Assembly: GCF_944324525.1 (NCBI RefSeq)
Contig: NZ_CALUWS010000010.1
Span: forward strand, 1,404 to 65,403
Origin: an uncultured Desulfovibrio sp.
GTDB lineage: Bacteria > Desulfobacterota > Desulfovibrionia > Desulfovibrionales > Desulfovibrionaceae
Length of the DNA: 64,000 nt
Direction of reading: 5' to 3'
Numbering within the stretch: the first letter of the stretch is position 1; every line of letters starts with the position of its first letter. Shown here piece after piece: positions 8,951 to 17,348 of the stretch. The notes under the pieces were generated by a model. It was not told the origin of the DNA, searched no databases, and worked only from the letters and a program-made list of their open reading frames with translations. A program made the translations under genes and the position numbers.

Positions 8951-8982
8951 AAAAAAGCGTCCGCGCAAGCGGACGCTTTTTT
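8951..8982. terminator. Bidirectional rho-independent terminator between convergent genes
   Basis: AAAAAAGCGTCCGC-GCAA-GCGGACGCTTTTTT: a perfect 8-bp GC-rich stem flanked by an A-run and a T-run. Confidence 0.85.
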
Positions 8983-9033
8983 CGTTTCGTGAGATCTCCC
9001 GGGACAGGCCCGGGCGCGGCACACAGGCGCGCG

Positions 9034-10707
9034 TCAGCTCTTGATCTCGCCCACCAGCTTTTCCAGCGCGGAGGACTGGCTCGCCAGCTCCGTCACCGCG
9101 CGGGCCGCTTCCTGCATGGCCTGGGCCGTACTGCCCGCGATGCCGTTCACTTCCGCGATGGAACGGTTGATCTCCTCGCTGGTGGAGGATTGTTCCTCGG
9201 CGGCGGTGGCGATGGTGCGCACCTGGTCGGCCGTGATGTCCGCCATGTGCACGATCTCCTGCAGGGCCTCGCCCGACTGGTTGACCAGCAGAGTGGCGTC
9301 CTCGATGGCCTTGGCGGCGATGTCCACCTGCGCGATGCTCTTTTCCGTGCTTTTCTGGATATCCACGATGGCCTTGTCCACCTCCGCGGTGGAAGCCATG
9401 GTCTTTTCGGCCAGCTTGCGCACCTCGTCGGCCACCACGGCAAAGCCGCGTCCGGCCTCGCCCGCACGGGCCGCCTCGATGGCCGCATTGAGCGCCAGCA
9501 GGTTGGTCTGATCCGCGATGTCGGAGATGACGCCCATGATCTGGGTGATGGCCTGGGCGCTTTTGCCCAGCAGACTCATGTCCGTCTTGAGCGTGAGCGC
9601 CTGCTGCCGGACGATCTCGATGCCGTCGATGGCCTTCTGCACCACCTTTTCGCCGTCTTCGGCCTTGTTGCGCGTCGAGGCGGAGGCATCCGACGCCTGT
9701 CCGGCATTCTTGGCCACTTCCAGCACCGTGGAGTTCATCTCTTCCATGGCCGTGGCGGTCTCCGTCGCCCGTTCCGCCTGCTGGGCCGCGCCCTGCTCGG
9801 ACTGGGCGATGTATTCCGACAGATGCTGCGCCGCCGAGGACAAGGTCCTGGCCATGGATTCCAGATGCGCGGCCGTGGCGAAGATGCGGGCCTTCTGCTC
9901 TTCCACGTTCTGGATATCGACGAGCGAACCGCAGGCGCGTACGGCCTTGCCGGTCTTGTCCCGCGTCACGCCGCCCGTGGCCCGGAACCAGCGGTAGGAT
10001 TCATCCCGCATGCGCAGGCGGTAGGCGACATCGTAGCGATCGGTCTTGCCGGCCAGGGCTTCGCCAAAGACGGCAAAAGTCTTGTCCTTGTCTTCAGGAT
10101 GCAGACGATCGGTCCAGGACGTGACGAGATCGGGGAATTCCTCCACCTTGGAAAAGCCCAGGAGGCGGCGGAACTCCGCCGACCAGGTCCAGTGGCTGCG
10201 CGGGGACATGGGATCGCCATCCTCGGCCAGCACCACGTCCCAGAGGCCCACGCCGGCGGCGGTGCTCCAGAGCTGGAGGATCTCCTCCCGCTGATGGTTC
10301 TCGTGGATATCGACGAGCGAGCCGCAGGCGCGCACGGCCTTGCCGCTGCCGTCACGCTGCACGCCGCCCGTGGCCCGGAACCAGCGGTAGGATTCGTCGC
10401 GCATGCGCAGGCGGTAGACGACGTCGTAACGGTCGGTCTTGCCGGACAGCGCATCGCCAAAAACGGCGAAGGTACGCCCCTTGTCGTCGGGGTGCAGGCG
10501 GTCGCTCTAGGAACCGACCACATCGGGGAACTCAGCCTTGCTGGTGAAGCCCAGAAGGCGATGGAATTCCGCCGACCAGGTCCAGTGGCTTCTGGGCGAC
10601 AGCGGATCGGCGTTATACAGTTCCACGTCCCACAGGCCGACTCCCGCCGCGGAACTCCAAAGATCTACCAGCCGGGCATTATGCCGTATTTTCTGGAAAA
10701 AATTCAT
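9034..10707 (-). pseudogene. Cytoplasmic methyl-accepting chemotaxis protein with two tandem PAS domains, interrupted by an in-frame TAG at 10507-10509
   Basis: ORFs 10507..10707 and 9034..10404 are in the same frame, separated only by the TAG. The C-terminus carries the MCP signalling domain ([41 protein letters not shown]). No transmembrane segment is visible. Confidence 0.7.
9880..10665 (-). repeat. Intragenic tandem duplication (2 x 393 bp) encoding the two PAS units of the chemoreceptor
   Basis: LWS(S/T)AAGVGLWDV...[12 protein letters not shown]...DRLHP(D/E)DK...[19 protein letters not shown]...[13 protein letters not shown] occurs twice with a 131-codon period. Confidence 0.85.
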
Positions 10708-10831
10708 GTCTTCCGTCCTGTCTCTGAGTACAAAACCTGCCTCCCGCCTCCGCGGTCATGTCCGCCGGACGGGTCGTTTTTGGAAAAAACTCGTCGCCGT
10801 ATGATGGCGGCTGAAGCAGGCTTCTAAATGT

Positions 10832-10858
10832 TTATCGTACGTTGTGCGAGAATGATTA
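10832..10858 (-). promoter_or_regulatory. Candidate sigma28 (FliA) promoter of the chemoreceptor gene
   Basis: Minus strand TAATCATT-N11-TACGATAA compared with consensus TAAAGTTT-N11-GCCGATAA. Lies about 120 nt upstream of ATG 10707. Confidence 0.45.
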
Positions 10859-10975
10859 GCGGCGGCGGGCAGGAAGCAAAATTAAATTTACATTTTTTTC
10901 GCACAATAACGCAGCATCAGCAGACACGGGATCGGAGACCCGGCGAAAGCCGCACCGTGGAGCGGGCAGCGGCAG

Positions 10976-11000
10976 AACAAAGGGGGGCTTTCGCCCCCCT
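10976..11000 (-). terminator. Putative terminator of hemL
   Basis: Minus strand AGGGGGGC-GAAA-GCCCCCCT hairpin followed by TTGTTC, starting 11 nt after the hemL stop. Confidence 0.55.
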
Positions 11001-11010
11001 TACGCCGTAC

Positions 11011-12285
11011 TCAGAAGCGCACAGCGCGTGCCGCCTCCAGCGCCTTGTTGAAGTCGTCGTCCGTATGGGCAAAGGAGACCATGCCGGTCTCGAAGCCGGA
11101 AGGCGCCAGATTGATGCCCTGCTCCCGCATCTGCTTGTAGAAGGCGGTAAAGAGCTTCTGATCGCACTTCTGCGCATCGGCGAAATTGCGTACCGGCGTC
11201 TCCGTGAAATAGGGACAGAACATGGAGGCGATGGTGGGCATCTGGATGGGCACGCCCTTGGCGGCCAGAATGGCGGCCAGCTCCCCGGCAAAGGCCGCGG
11301 TGCGGGCTTCCAGCGCGGCATAGTCCTGCCGGCGCAGTTCGCGCAGGGTGGCCATGCCCGCCGCCATGGCCAGCGGATTGCCGGAAAGCGTACCGGCCTG
11401 ATAGACTTCGCCGCGCGGCGCCACATGTTCCATGTAGGCCCGGCGTCCGCCGAAGGCCCCCACCGGCAGGCCGCCGCCGATGATCTTGCCGAAGGTGGTG
11501 AGATCCGCCTCGATGCCGAAACGGGCCTGCGCCCCGCCGAAGGCCACGCGGAAGCCGGTGATGACCTCGTCGAAGATGAGCAGGCTGCCGTGAGCGCTGG
11601 TCAGCTCGCGCAGGCCTTCCAGGAAGCCCGGCAGGGGCAGCACGAGCCCCATGTTGGCCGCCACCGGTTCCACGATGACCGCCGCGATGTCCTTGCCGTG
11701 GGCGGCGAAGAGCTCGCGCACGGCCTCCAGGTCGTTATAGGGCGCAAGCAGGGTATCGCCCACCACGGCGGCGGGCACGCCGGGCGTGCCGGGGATGGCG
11801 AAGGTCGCCACGCCGGAGCCGGCCGCGGCCAGGAAGGGATCGGCATGCCCGTGGTAGCAGCCGATGAACTTGACCACCTTGTCCCGCCCGGTCACGCCGC
11901 GCGCCAGCCGCAGGGCGCTCATGGTGGCCTCGGTGCCGGAATTGACCATACGCACCATGTCCAGGGTGGGCATGTCGGCCACCACTTCCTCGGCCAGGAC
12001 GACCTCGTCCGGGCAGGGCGCGCCGTAGCTCGTGCCGCGTCCGGCGGCTTCGCGCACGGCGGCGGTCACGGCGGGATGGTCATGCCCGAGGATCATGGGC
12101 CCCCACGAGAGCACGAAGTCCACATAGTCGTTGCCGTCCACGTCGCGGATATGGCAGCCGTGGGCCTCGGCGATGAAGAGCGGCAGGCTGTCCACGTTAT
12201 GGCAGGCCCGGACCGGGCTGTTGACCCCGCCGGGGATGACGGCGCTGGCCCTGTCGAAAAGCTGGCTGGAGGTGCTGTTGTCCAT
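11011..12285 (-). CDS. hemL: Glutamate-1-semialdehyde 2,1-aminomutase
   Basis: 424 aa. [46 protein letters not shown] and the overall class-III aminotransferase layout are typical of HemL. Confidence 0.95.
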   Translation of the reverse strand: MDNSTSSQLFDRASAVIPGGVNSPVRACHNVDSLPLFIAEAHGCHIRDVDGNDYVDFVLSWGPMILGHDHPAVTAAVREAAGRGTSYGAPCPDEVVLAEEVVADMPTLDMVRMVNSGTEATMSALRLARGVTGRDKVVKFIGCYHGHADPFLAAAGSGVATFAIPGTPGVPAAVVGDTLLAPYNDLEAVRELFAAHGKDIAAVIVEPVAANMGLVLPLPGFLEGLRELTSAHGSLLIFDEVITGFRVAFGGAQARFGIEADLTTFGKIIGGGLPVGAFGGRRAYMEHVAPRGEVYQAGTLSGNPLAMAAGMATLRELRRQDYAALEARTAAFAGELAAILAAKGVPIQMPTIASMFCPYFTETPVRNFADAQKCDQKLFTAFYKQMREQGINLAPSGFETGMVSFAHTDDDFNKALEAARAVRF

Positions 12286-12294
12286 TGCGGCTCC

Positions 12295-12771
12295 TTAAAA
12301 ATAGGTCATGGAGATTTTTTTCAGTTCCCGCAGGCTCCGCAGCACGGCATACGGGCCGAGGGGAGCCGCGGCGGCAAGATCCCGCACCACGTCAAGGCAT
12401 TCCTGCTCGCTGCGGCCGTGGATCATGGTATAGAAGGTATAGGGCCAGTCCTCCGCCGGGCTGGGGCGGTAGTAGGAATGGGAGATGTGCGGATTCCGCG
12501 CCGCCGCCTTGCCGCAGGCGTCCACCTTGTCGGCATCCACCTGCCAGGCCACCATGGCGTTGTGGTTCCAGCCGGTCTTCTGATGCTTGATGCTCGCGCC
12601 GAAGCGGCGGATGGCTCCGCATTCCCGCAGTTCCCGCAAAAGGGCAAGCACCTCCTCCTCGCTGCTGCCGGTCTGGGCGGCCATATCGGCGTAGGGCGTG
12701 AGGCTGTCGGGCAGATCGGCCTGCGCGATGCGCAGGATGGCGCGTTCGGTTTCGCTGAAGGTGCGACTCAT
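12295..12771 (-). CDS. Siroheme decarboxylase subunit-like protein (AhbA/AhbB, NirD/L-like, AsnC-type fold)
   Basis: ORF trimmed to ATG 12771 ([21 protein letters not shown]). Contains [32 protein letters not shown] and [11 protein letters not shown] motifs. Ends 9 nt upstream of hemL. Confidence 0.75.
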   Translation of the reverse strand: MSRTFSETERAILRIAQADLPDSLTPYADMAAQTGSSEEEVLALLRELRECGAIRRFGASIKHQKTGWNHNAMVAWQVDADKVDACGKAAARNPHISHSYYRPSPAEDWPYTFYTMIHGRSEQECLDVVRDLAAAAPLGPYAVLRSLRELKKISMTYF

Positions 12772-12884
12772 GCTGCCTCCCTGGCAAAAGGACATCCGGG
12801 AGGCCTTGCCTCTCCAGACGCGAAACGCCGCGCCGGTCGTCATGCTCCGGCGCGGCCTTTACGGTTTCGTCTTCTCCCGCCGGT

Positions 12885-13439
12885 CTAGCGGCTGAAGGAG
12901 CGGGTAAAGAGTTCCTGGATGGCCTGCCGCCCGTTGGCTTCAAGGAAGCGGGTGCCGGTGGCCGCAAAGTGCGCGTGGTCGATGACCGGATCCTTCACTT
13001 CGGTCCAGACGTCCTTTTCCCACGCGAACCAGGCATCCCGGGGCTGGTCGAAGACCAGCAGCGGCTTGTTGCAGATCTTGGCGAACTCCGCCCCCCAGCC
13101 GGTGCCGCCCTTGACGGTGTCGTCCGGCTGGATGGCGCCCACCACAATGACCTGGTTACCGCTGCTCACCTGCCAGCAGATGGACTGCAGCACCTTGCGG
13201 AACAGGGGGGCGCGGGTATACTCACGGTTCATCAGCTTGGAAACATAGGTCAGGCTCACGTCCTTGAGGGCCAGCTCTTCGCTGGTCAGCACGCGCACGC
13301 CGCGCTTGCGTTCCATCTGATGGCCTTCAAAGCTGTAGTTGACTTCTTCGATGCCCCAGCTTTCGGCCAGTGCCCCGAAAAACTGCTCGGTTCCGGCAGC
13401 GCCGCCGCTGTAAAGCACACATTGTTTGGGATCGAGCAT
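12885..13439 (-). CDS. Hypothetical protein with SLOG/LOG-like Rossmann motifs
   Basis: ORF trimmed to ATG 13439, which follows an AGGAGG Shine-Dalgarno. Carries an N-terminal VLYSGGAAGTE motif and a later VKGGTGWGAE motif, in the order seen in LOG/DprA-type (SLOG) folds. No family recognised with certainty. Confidence 0.6.
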   Translation of the reverse strand: MLDPKQCVLYSGGAAGTEQFFGALAESWGIEEVNYSFEGHQMERKRGVRVLTSEELALKDVSLTYVSKLMNREYTRAPLFRKVLQSICWQVSSGNQVIVVGAIQPDDTVKGGTGWGAEFAKICNKPLLVFDQPRDAWFAWEKDVWTEVKDPVIDHAHFAATGTRFLEANGRQAIQELFTRSFSR

Positions 13440-13551
13440 ATCGCCTCCTGCTGTTTGAATCCCTTGCGGACAATGATGTCGTTGCATCATGGCAGAAAAG
13501 CGCTCTGACGGCAAGGCGTCGCCGCCGCGAGCCGCTCCCCTGCCGCCGCAC

Positions 13552-14127
13552 TCAACGACCGTAGGTCACGGTCAGGCTGGCGCTGCCGAGCACCTTGCCG
13601 TAGCGGGAGAATCCGGCCATGGCGGGCAGGGTCTGCGGGGTCACGCCGATGTCGGCCGTATCCAGCGCGTAGACCGTCACCACATAGCGGTGGGGCTTGT
13701 CGCCGGGCGGCGGGCAGGCCCCGCCGTAGCCGGGCGTGCCGAAGTCGGTGACGGATTCCACCGCGCCGGCGGGCAGGCTCTTGCCGGCGCTGGCGTTGAG
13801 CTTGAGGCTGCGCACGCCGGCCGGGATGTTGGAAACGACCCAGTGCCACCAGCCGCTGCCCGTGGGCGCGTCCGGATCATAGACCGTCACGGCAAAGCTC
13901 TTGGTGCCCTTGGGCGGATCGCTCCAGACCAGTTCCGGCGAAATGTTCTTTCCCGTGCAACCGAAGGCGTTGAAGACCTGTTCCGTCCCCATGACGCCGC
14001 CGTCCTTGAGTTGCGGACTGGTCAGGGTGAAGGACTTTTCCGCGGCGGAGGGGGCCGCGCAGAACAGAGAAAGGGAGAGTGCCGCGCCGGCGGCGCAGGC
14101 AAAGAGGGTACGCGTGCCGAATTTCAT
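13552..14127 (-). CDS. YbhB/YbcL family Raf-kinase-inhibitor-like (PEBP) protein, secreted
   Basis: Signal peptide MKFGTRTLFACAAGAALSLSLFCAAPSAA. VYDPDAPTGSGWWHWVV and GYGGACPPPGDKPHRYVVTVYAL motifs. Confidence 0.88.
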   Translation of the reverse strand: MKFGTRTLFACAAGAALSLSLFCAAPSAAEKSFTLTSPQLKDGGVMGTEQVFNAFGCTGKNISPELVWSDPPKGTKSFAVTVYDPDAPTGSGWWHWVVSNIPAGVRSLKLNASAGKSLPAGAVESVTDFGTPGYGGACPPPGDKPHRYVVTVYALDTADIGVTPQTLPAMAGFSRYGKVLGSASLTVTYGR

Positions 14128-14154
14128 AGTATATCACTCTGTTTAGGGTGGCTG

Positions 14155-14181
14155 AAAAACCCCGAAGACGGGGCTTCGGGG
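14155..14181 (-). terminator. Rho-independent terminator of the RRM gene
   Basis: Minus strand CCCCGAAG-CCCCGT-CTTCGGGG followed by TTTTT, 14 nt after the stop. Confidence 0.7.
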
Positions 14182-14194
14182 CAGTCCTTACGCC

Positions 14195-14461
14195 TTAGTA
14201 GCGGGGCGGACGGGGGGCGCGGGGTTTGGCTTCGTTGACGCGAAGCGTACGCCCACCAAAGTTCTGGTTGTCCAGAGCTTCAATGGCGGCCTCGGCGGCA
14301 GCGTCATCCATTTCGACGAAGCCGAAGCCGCGGGCGCGGCCGGTTTCGCGGTCATTGACAAGCTTCACGGAATGCACGTTGCCGTATTCGGCGAAGAGGT
14401 CGCGAACCTGCTCTTCGGTAGACGACCAGGGAAGGTTCCCCACATAGATGGACTTGGACAT
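14195..14461 (-). CDS. RRM-type RNA-binding protein (88 aa)
   Basis: ORF trimmed to MSKSIYVGNLPW (the RNP2 motif IYVGNL). RNP1 is RGFGFVEM. A Pro/Arg tail follows. Confidence 0.9.
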   Translation of the reverse strand: MSKSIYVGNLPWSSTEEQVRDLFAEYGNVHSVKLVNDRETGRARGFGFVEMDDAAAEAAIEALDNQNFGGRTLRVNEAKPRAPRPPRY

Positions 14462-14642
14462 GAAAAAAAACCCTCTCAAAAATGCAGTCTTGCCGCGCGC
14501 TCTCTCCCATCAAACCTCTTGTCAGCACGCGACTGTTGATATGACAAAAGCATGCTTTCTGCGCCTTGTCAACGCACAAGACAAAAACTGCAGCGCGTAA
14601 AGCGGCTTGCAAAAACATCCCTGCGGCCTTTCTGGCTGGATA

Positions 14643-14658
14643 TGCAAAATGAGTGCCA
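14643..14658 (-). promoter_or_regulatory. Near-consensus sigma54 promoter (-24/-12)
   Basis: Minus strand TGGCACTCATTTTGCA equals TGGCAC-N5-TTGCA with exact GG-N10-GC spacing. Lies about 180 nt upstream of the RRM gene ATG. Confidence 0.55.
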
Positions 14659-14849
14659 TTTTGTTACTTTGTGAAACGTTGATTTTCCAACGGGATGACC
14701 CCACAAAGTGATTGTGCGCACAAACGGGATAACGGCGCAGGCCGGGCAGGCAATTCCTGCAGGCGATCCGGCAGCAGGGGCATCAGCGACGGGCATGCTT
14801 GCCTGTCGCCGAACCATTTCCTTTCGACCGTTGGGCGTAAGCTGGCATG

Positions 14850-14996
14850 TTGGAGCGTTTTGCCTTTGAAAAAGGCGGACGCGAGGCGGCGGCACGGCGC
14901 AGCACCGCCGAAACCAGCCGGAACGACCGCGTTTTTTCCACAAAACGCCAGGCCGTATGGTTGGCAACGCAACGCGTTCCAAACGGGAAATGCTCT
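14850..14996 (+). repeat. Intergenic repeat family 1, full-length copy (about 147 bp)
   Basis: GGAGCGTTTTGCCTTTGAAAAAGGCGGACGCGAGGCGGCGGCAC...GCGTTTTTTCCACAAAACGCCAGGCCGTATGGTTGGCAACGCAACGCGTTCCAAACGGGAAATGCTCT. Matches 23746-23894 (reverse complement) and 36553-36677. Confidence 0.85.
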
Positions 14997-15092
14997 TTGC
15001 CTGTCCGCGCTTTTCCTCGTGCGGTTGCCGCGTTGCGTGCGACAACTTCCAACGCACGCATGAGGAACGGGGAAGACGTGTGGGAGCAATAT

Positions 15093-16559
15093 TTAGCCGG
15101 CACTCTCGGACGGCGCGGGCACCCAGTCCGGGGCCAGATCCTCAAAGGCCGTATAGGGAGAGACGTACATGAGCTCGGCAACGCCCACCGGGCCGTTGCG
15201 CTGCTTGCCGATGATGATCTCCGCCACGCCCTTGGGGGGGCGGTCGGCCGGTTTGGTGTAGCGGTAGACGTCATCCCGGTAGACGAACATGATGACGTCG
15301 GCATCCTGCTCGATGGCCCCCGACTCGCGCAGGTCCGAGAGCATGGGGCGCTTGTCGCTGCGCTCTTCCACCTTGCGGTTGAGCTGGGAGAGCGCCACCA
15401 CCGGCACGTCCATCTCCTTGGCCAGCCCCTTGAGCGAGCGCGATATCTCCGAGATCTCCAGTTCGCGCGAGTCCACCCGCCGTCCGGCTCGCATGAGCTG
15501 CAGATAGTCCACCACCACGAGGCCGAGGCCCTTCTCGCTCTTGAGCCGGCGGGCGCGGGAACGCAGCTCCAGCGTGGAGAGCGCGGGCGTGTCGTCGATA
15601 TAGATGGGCGCGGCGGAGATGGTGTCCGCCGCCTGGGACAGATGGGCCCACTCGGCGTCGGTCAGCAGGGCCGGCCGCCGCATCTTGGACACGTCCACCT
15701 TGCCCTGCACGGCGAGCATACGCTGCACGAGCTGCTCCTTGCTCATTTCCAGCGAAAAGACGGCCACCGGGATGTTCTGCCGGATGGCGGCATGCAGGGC
15801 CATGCACATGGCAAAGGCGGTCTTGCCCATACTGGGCCGGGCCGCCACGATGATGAGGTCGGACTTTTGCAGCCCCGCCGTCAGCTTGTCCAGACGCGTA
15901 TAGCCGGTGGTGACGCCGGTGATGAGATCCTGCGTACCGGCCATGCGCGAGAGGTTGTCGAACACCCGGGCCACCAGTTCGGCGGAGTCCGAGAAGTCCC
16001 GCCCCGTGGTACGCTGCGAGATGGCGAAGACCGCCTGCTCCGATTCGTCCAGCAGGCTGCCCACATCGCGCGAGGCGTCGTAGCAGTTGCCGATGATGCC
16101 GGAACAGGCCGTAATGAGGCTGCGCTGCAGAGCCTTGTCCCGCACGATGCCGGCATAGTATTCGGCATTGGCGCCGGACACCACGGCCTGCGCCAGCTCG
16201 CCCAGGTAGACGGCCCCGCCCGCCTCTTCCAGCGAACCGCGGGAACGGAGCTGTTCGGCCAGCGTCACCAGATCGATGGGCGCGCTCTTGCGGTAGAGGT
16301 CAAGGATGGCGGCAAAGATCGCCGTATGCGCGGGCAGGTAGAAATCTTCGGCCGAAAGCATGTCCACGATGACATGCAGCGCGTCGGGCCGCATGAGCAC
16401 GCCGCTGAGCACGGCCTGTTCGGCCTCGGCGCTGTGCGGCGGCACGCGGCGCAGCAGGTCCGCCTCGGCGTTGCGACTGTTCCCTGCCCGCCCGGAAAAG
16501 GAACCGCCGCCCCCGGCTCGGGGACCGGAGGCGGCGTTATTGTCGGAAAGTGTGGCCAT
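15093..16559 (-). CDS. dnaB: Replicative DNA helicase
   Basis: 488 aa. PPHSAEAEQAVLG-like N-terminus, Walker A ARPSMGKTAF, VVVDYLQLM, and LSQLNRKVEER. Confidence 0.95.
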   Translation of the reverse strand: MATLSDNNAASGPRAGGGGSFSGRAGNSRNAEADLLRRVPPHSAEAEQAVLSGVLMRPDALHVIVDMLSAEDFYLPAHTAIFAAILDLYRKSAPIDLVTLAEQLRSRGSLEEAGGAVYLGELAQAVVSGANAEYYAGIVRDKALQRSLITACSGIIGNCYDASRDVGSLLDESEQAVFAISQRTTGRDFSDSAELVARVFDNLSRMAGTQDLITGVTTGYTRLDKLTAGLQKSDLIIVAARPSMGKTAFAMCMALHAAIRQNIPVAVFSLEMSKEQLVQRMLAVQGKVDVSKMRRPALLTDAEWAHLSQAADTISAAPIYIDDTPALSTLELRSRARRLKSEKGLGLVVVDYLQLMRAGRRVDSRELEISEISRSLKGLAKEMDVPVVALSQLNRKVEERSDKRPMLSDLRESGAIEQDADVIMFVYRDDVYRYTKPADRPPKGVAEIIIGKQRNGPVGVAELMYVSPYTAFEDLAPDWVPAPSESAG

Positions 16560-16564
16560 ATGCC

Positions 16565-17074
16565 TTATTCGGCAGCGGCTTCCGCGCTTTCTTCAGCCGG
16601 GGCGGCTTCCGCTTCCGCGGGCTCTTCCGGCTTGTCGGAAATGACCTTCACCGGCACCGTGGCGATGATGCTGGCGTGCAGGCGCACGCGCACGGGATGC
16701 TCGCCAAGGCTGCGGATGGGGGCATCCAGCAGGATGCGGCGGCGGTCCACTTCCACGCCAAGGGCGGCCAGGGCATCGCCGATGATGGTGGAGGTCACGG
16801 AACCGTACAGTTTGTCGTTCTCGCCCACATGCATGGGGATGACGACGTCCAGCGCCTCGAGGCGCGCGCAAACGGCCTGGGCATCGGCGCGCAGGGCGTC
16901 CATGCGCTCCTGCAGCTTCTTGCGTTCCAGTTCAAAAACCTTGAGGTTGGCTTCGGAGGCCACCATGGCAAGGCCCTGCGGCAGCAGGAAATTGCGGCCG
17001 TAGCCGGGGCGCACGGTCACCACGTCGCCAAGATTGCCGAGATTTTCCACATCGGCGCGAAGAATCAGTTTCAT
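16565..17074 (-). CDS. rplI: 50S ribosomal protein L9
   Basis: MKLILRADVENLGNLGDVVTVRPGYGRNFLLPQGLA N-terminus. An acidic or Ala-rich tail follows. Confidence 0.95.
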   Translation of the reverse strand: MKLILRADVENLGNLGDVVTVRPGYGRNFLLPQGLAMVASEANLKVFELERKKLQERMDALRADAQAVCARLEALDVVIPMHVGENDKLYGSVTSTIIGDALAALGVEVDRRRILLDAPIRSLGEHPVRVRLHASIIATVPVKVISDKPEEPAEAEAAPAEESAEAAAE

Positions 17075-17084
17075 GTGCGCCTCC

Positions 17085-17348
17085 TTAGATCATGCTCTTT
17101 TTCTTGACGCCGGAATCATGGGTGGCCGTGTAGATGAGCAGGGCCATCTGGCGGGCGCGCTTGATTTCGGTGGTCAGCAGACGCTGATGATGCGCGCAGG
17201 TGCCGGTGATGCGGCGGGCGATGATCTTGCCGCGCTCGGTGATGAAGTCACGCAGCACGTCGGGGCGCTTGTAGTTCAGGGGCAGGTCCTTGTCCGCGCA
17301 GAAACGGCAGAACTTGCGACGCGGGGCGAATTTTTTCTTGAAAGCCAT
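17085..17348 (-). CDS. rpsR: 30S ribosomal protein S18
   Basis: [43 protein letters not shown]. Confidence 0.95.
   Translation of the reverse strand: MAFKKKFAPRRKFCRFCADKDLPLNYKRPDVLRDFITERGKIIARRITGTCAHHQRLLTTEIKRARQMALLIYTATHDSGVKKKSMI

Noticed and set aside
10507-10509. In-frame TAG as a pyrrolysine codon
   Set aside because: The paralogous repeat unit has Trp (TGG) at the same position. TAG is also used as an ordinary stop by several genes in this window (yidC, rpmH, glcD-like, lutB-lutA). A nonsense mutation or sequencing error is therefore more parsimonious. The pyl genes could not be checked.
8989-10827. 612-aa plus-strand ORF covering the whole chemoreceptor locus
   Set aside because: It is antisense to a gene with unmistakable MCP and PAS motifs. 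Its translation is Gly/Arg/His/Leu-rich with no motifs, which is the typical shadow ORF of high-GC DNA.
10828-12888. 686-aa plus-strand ORF over hemL and the ahb gene
   Set aside because: It is antisense to two confidently identified genes. It has no recognisable motifs and a biased Gly/Arg/His composition.
14847-17003. 718-aa plus-strand ORF over dnaB/rplI that begins inside a repeat element
   Set aside because: It starts within the family-1 repeat and runs antisense through dnaB and rplI, so it is a shadow ORF.
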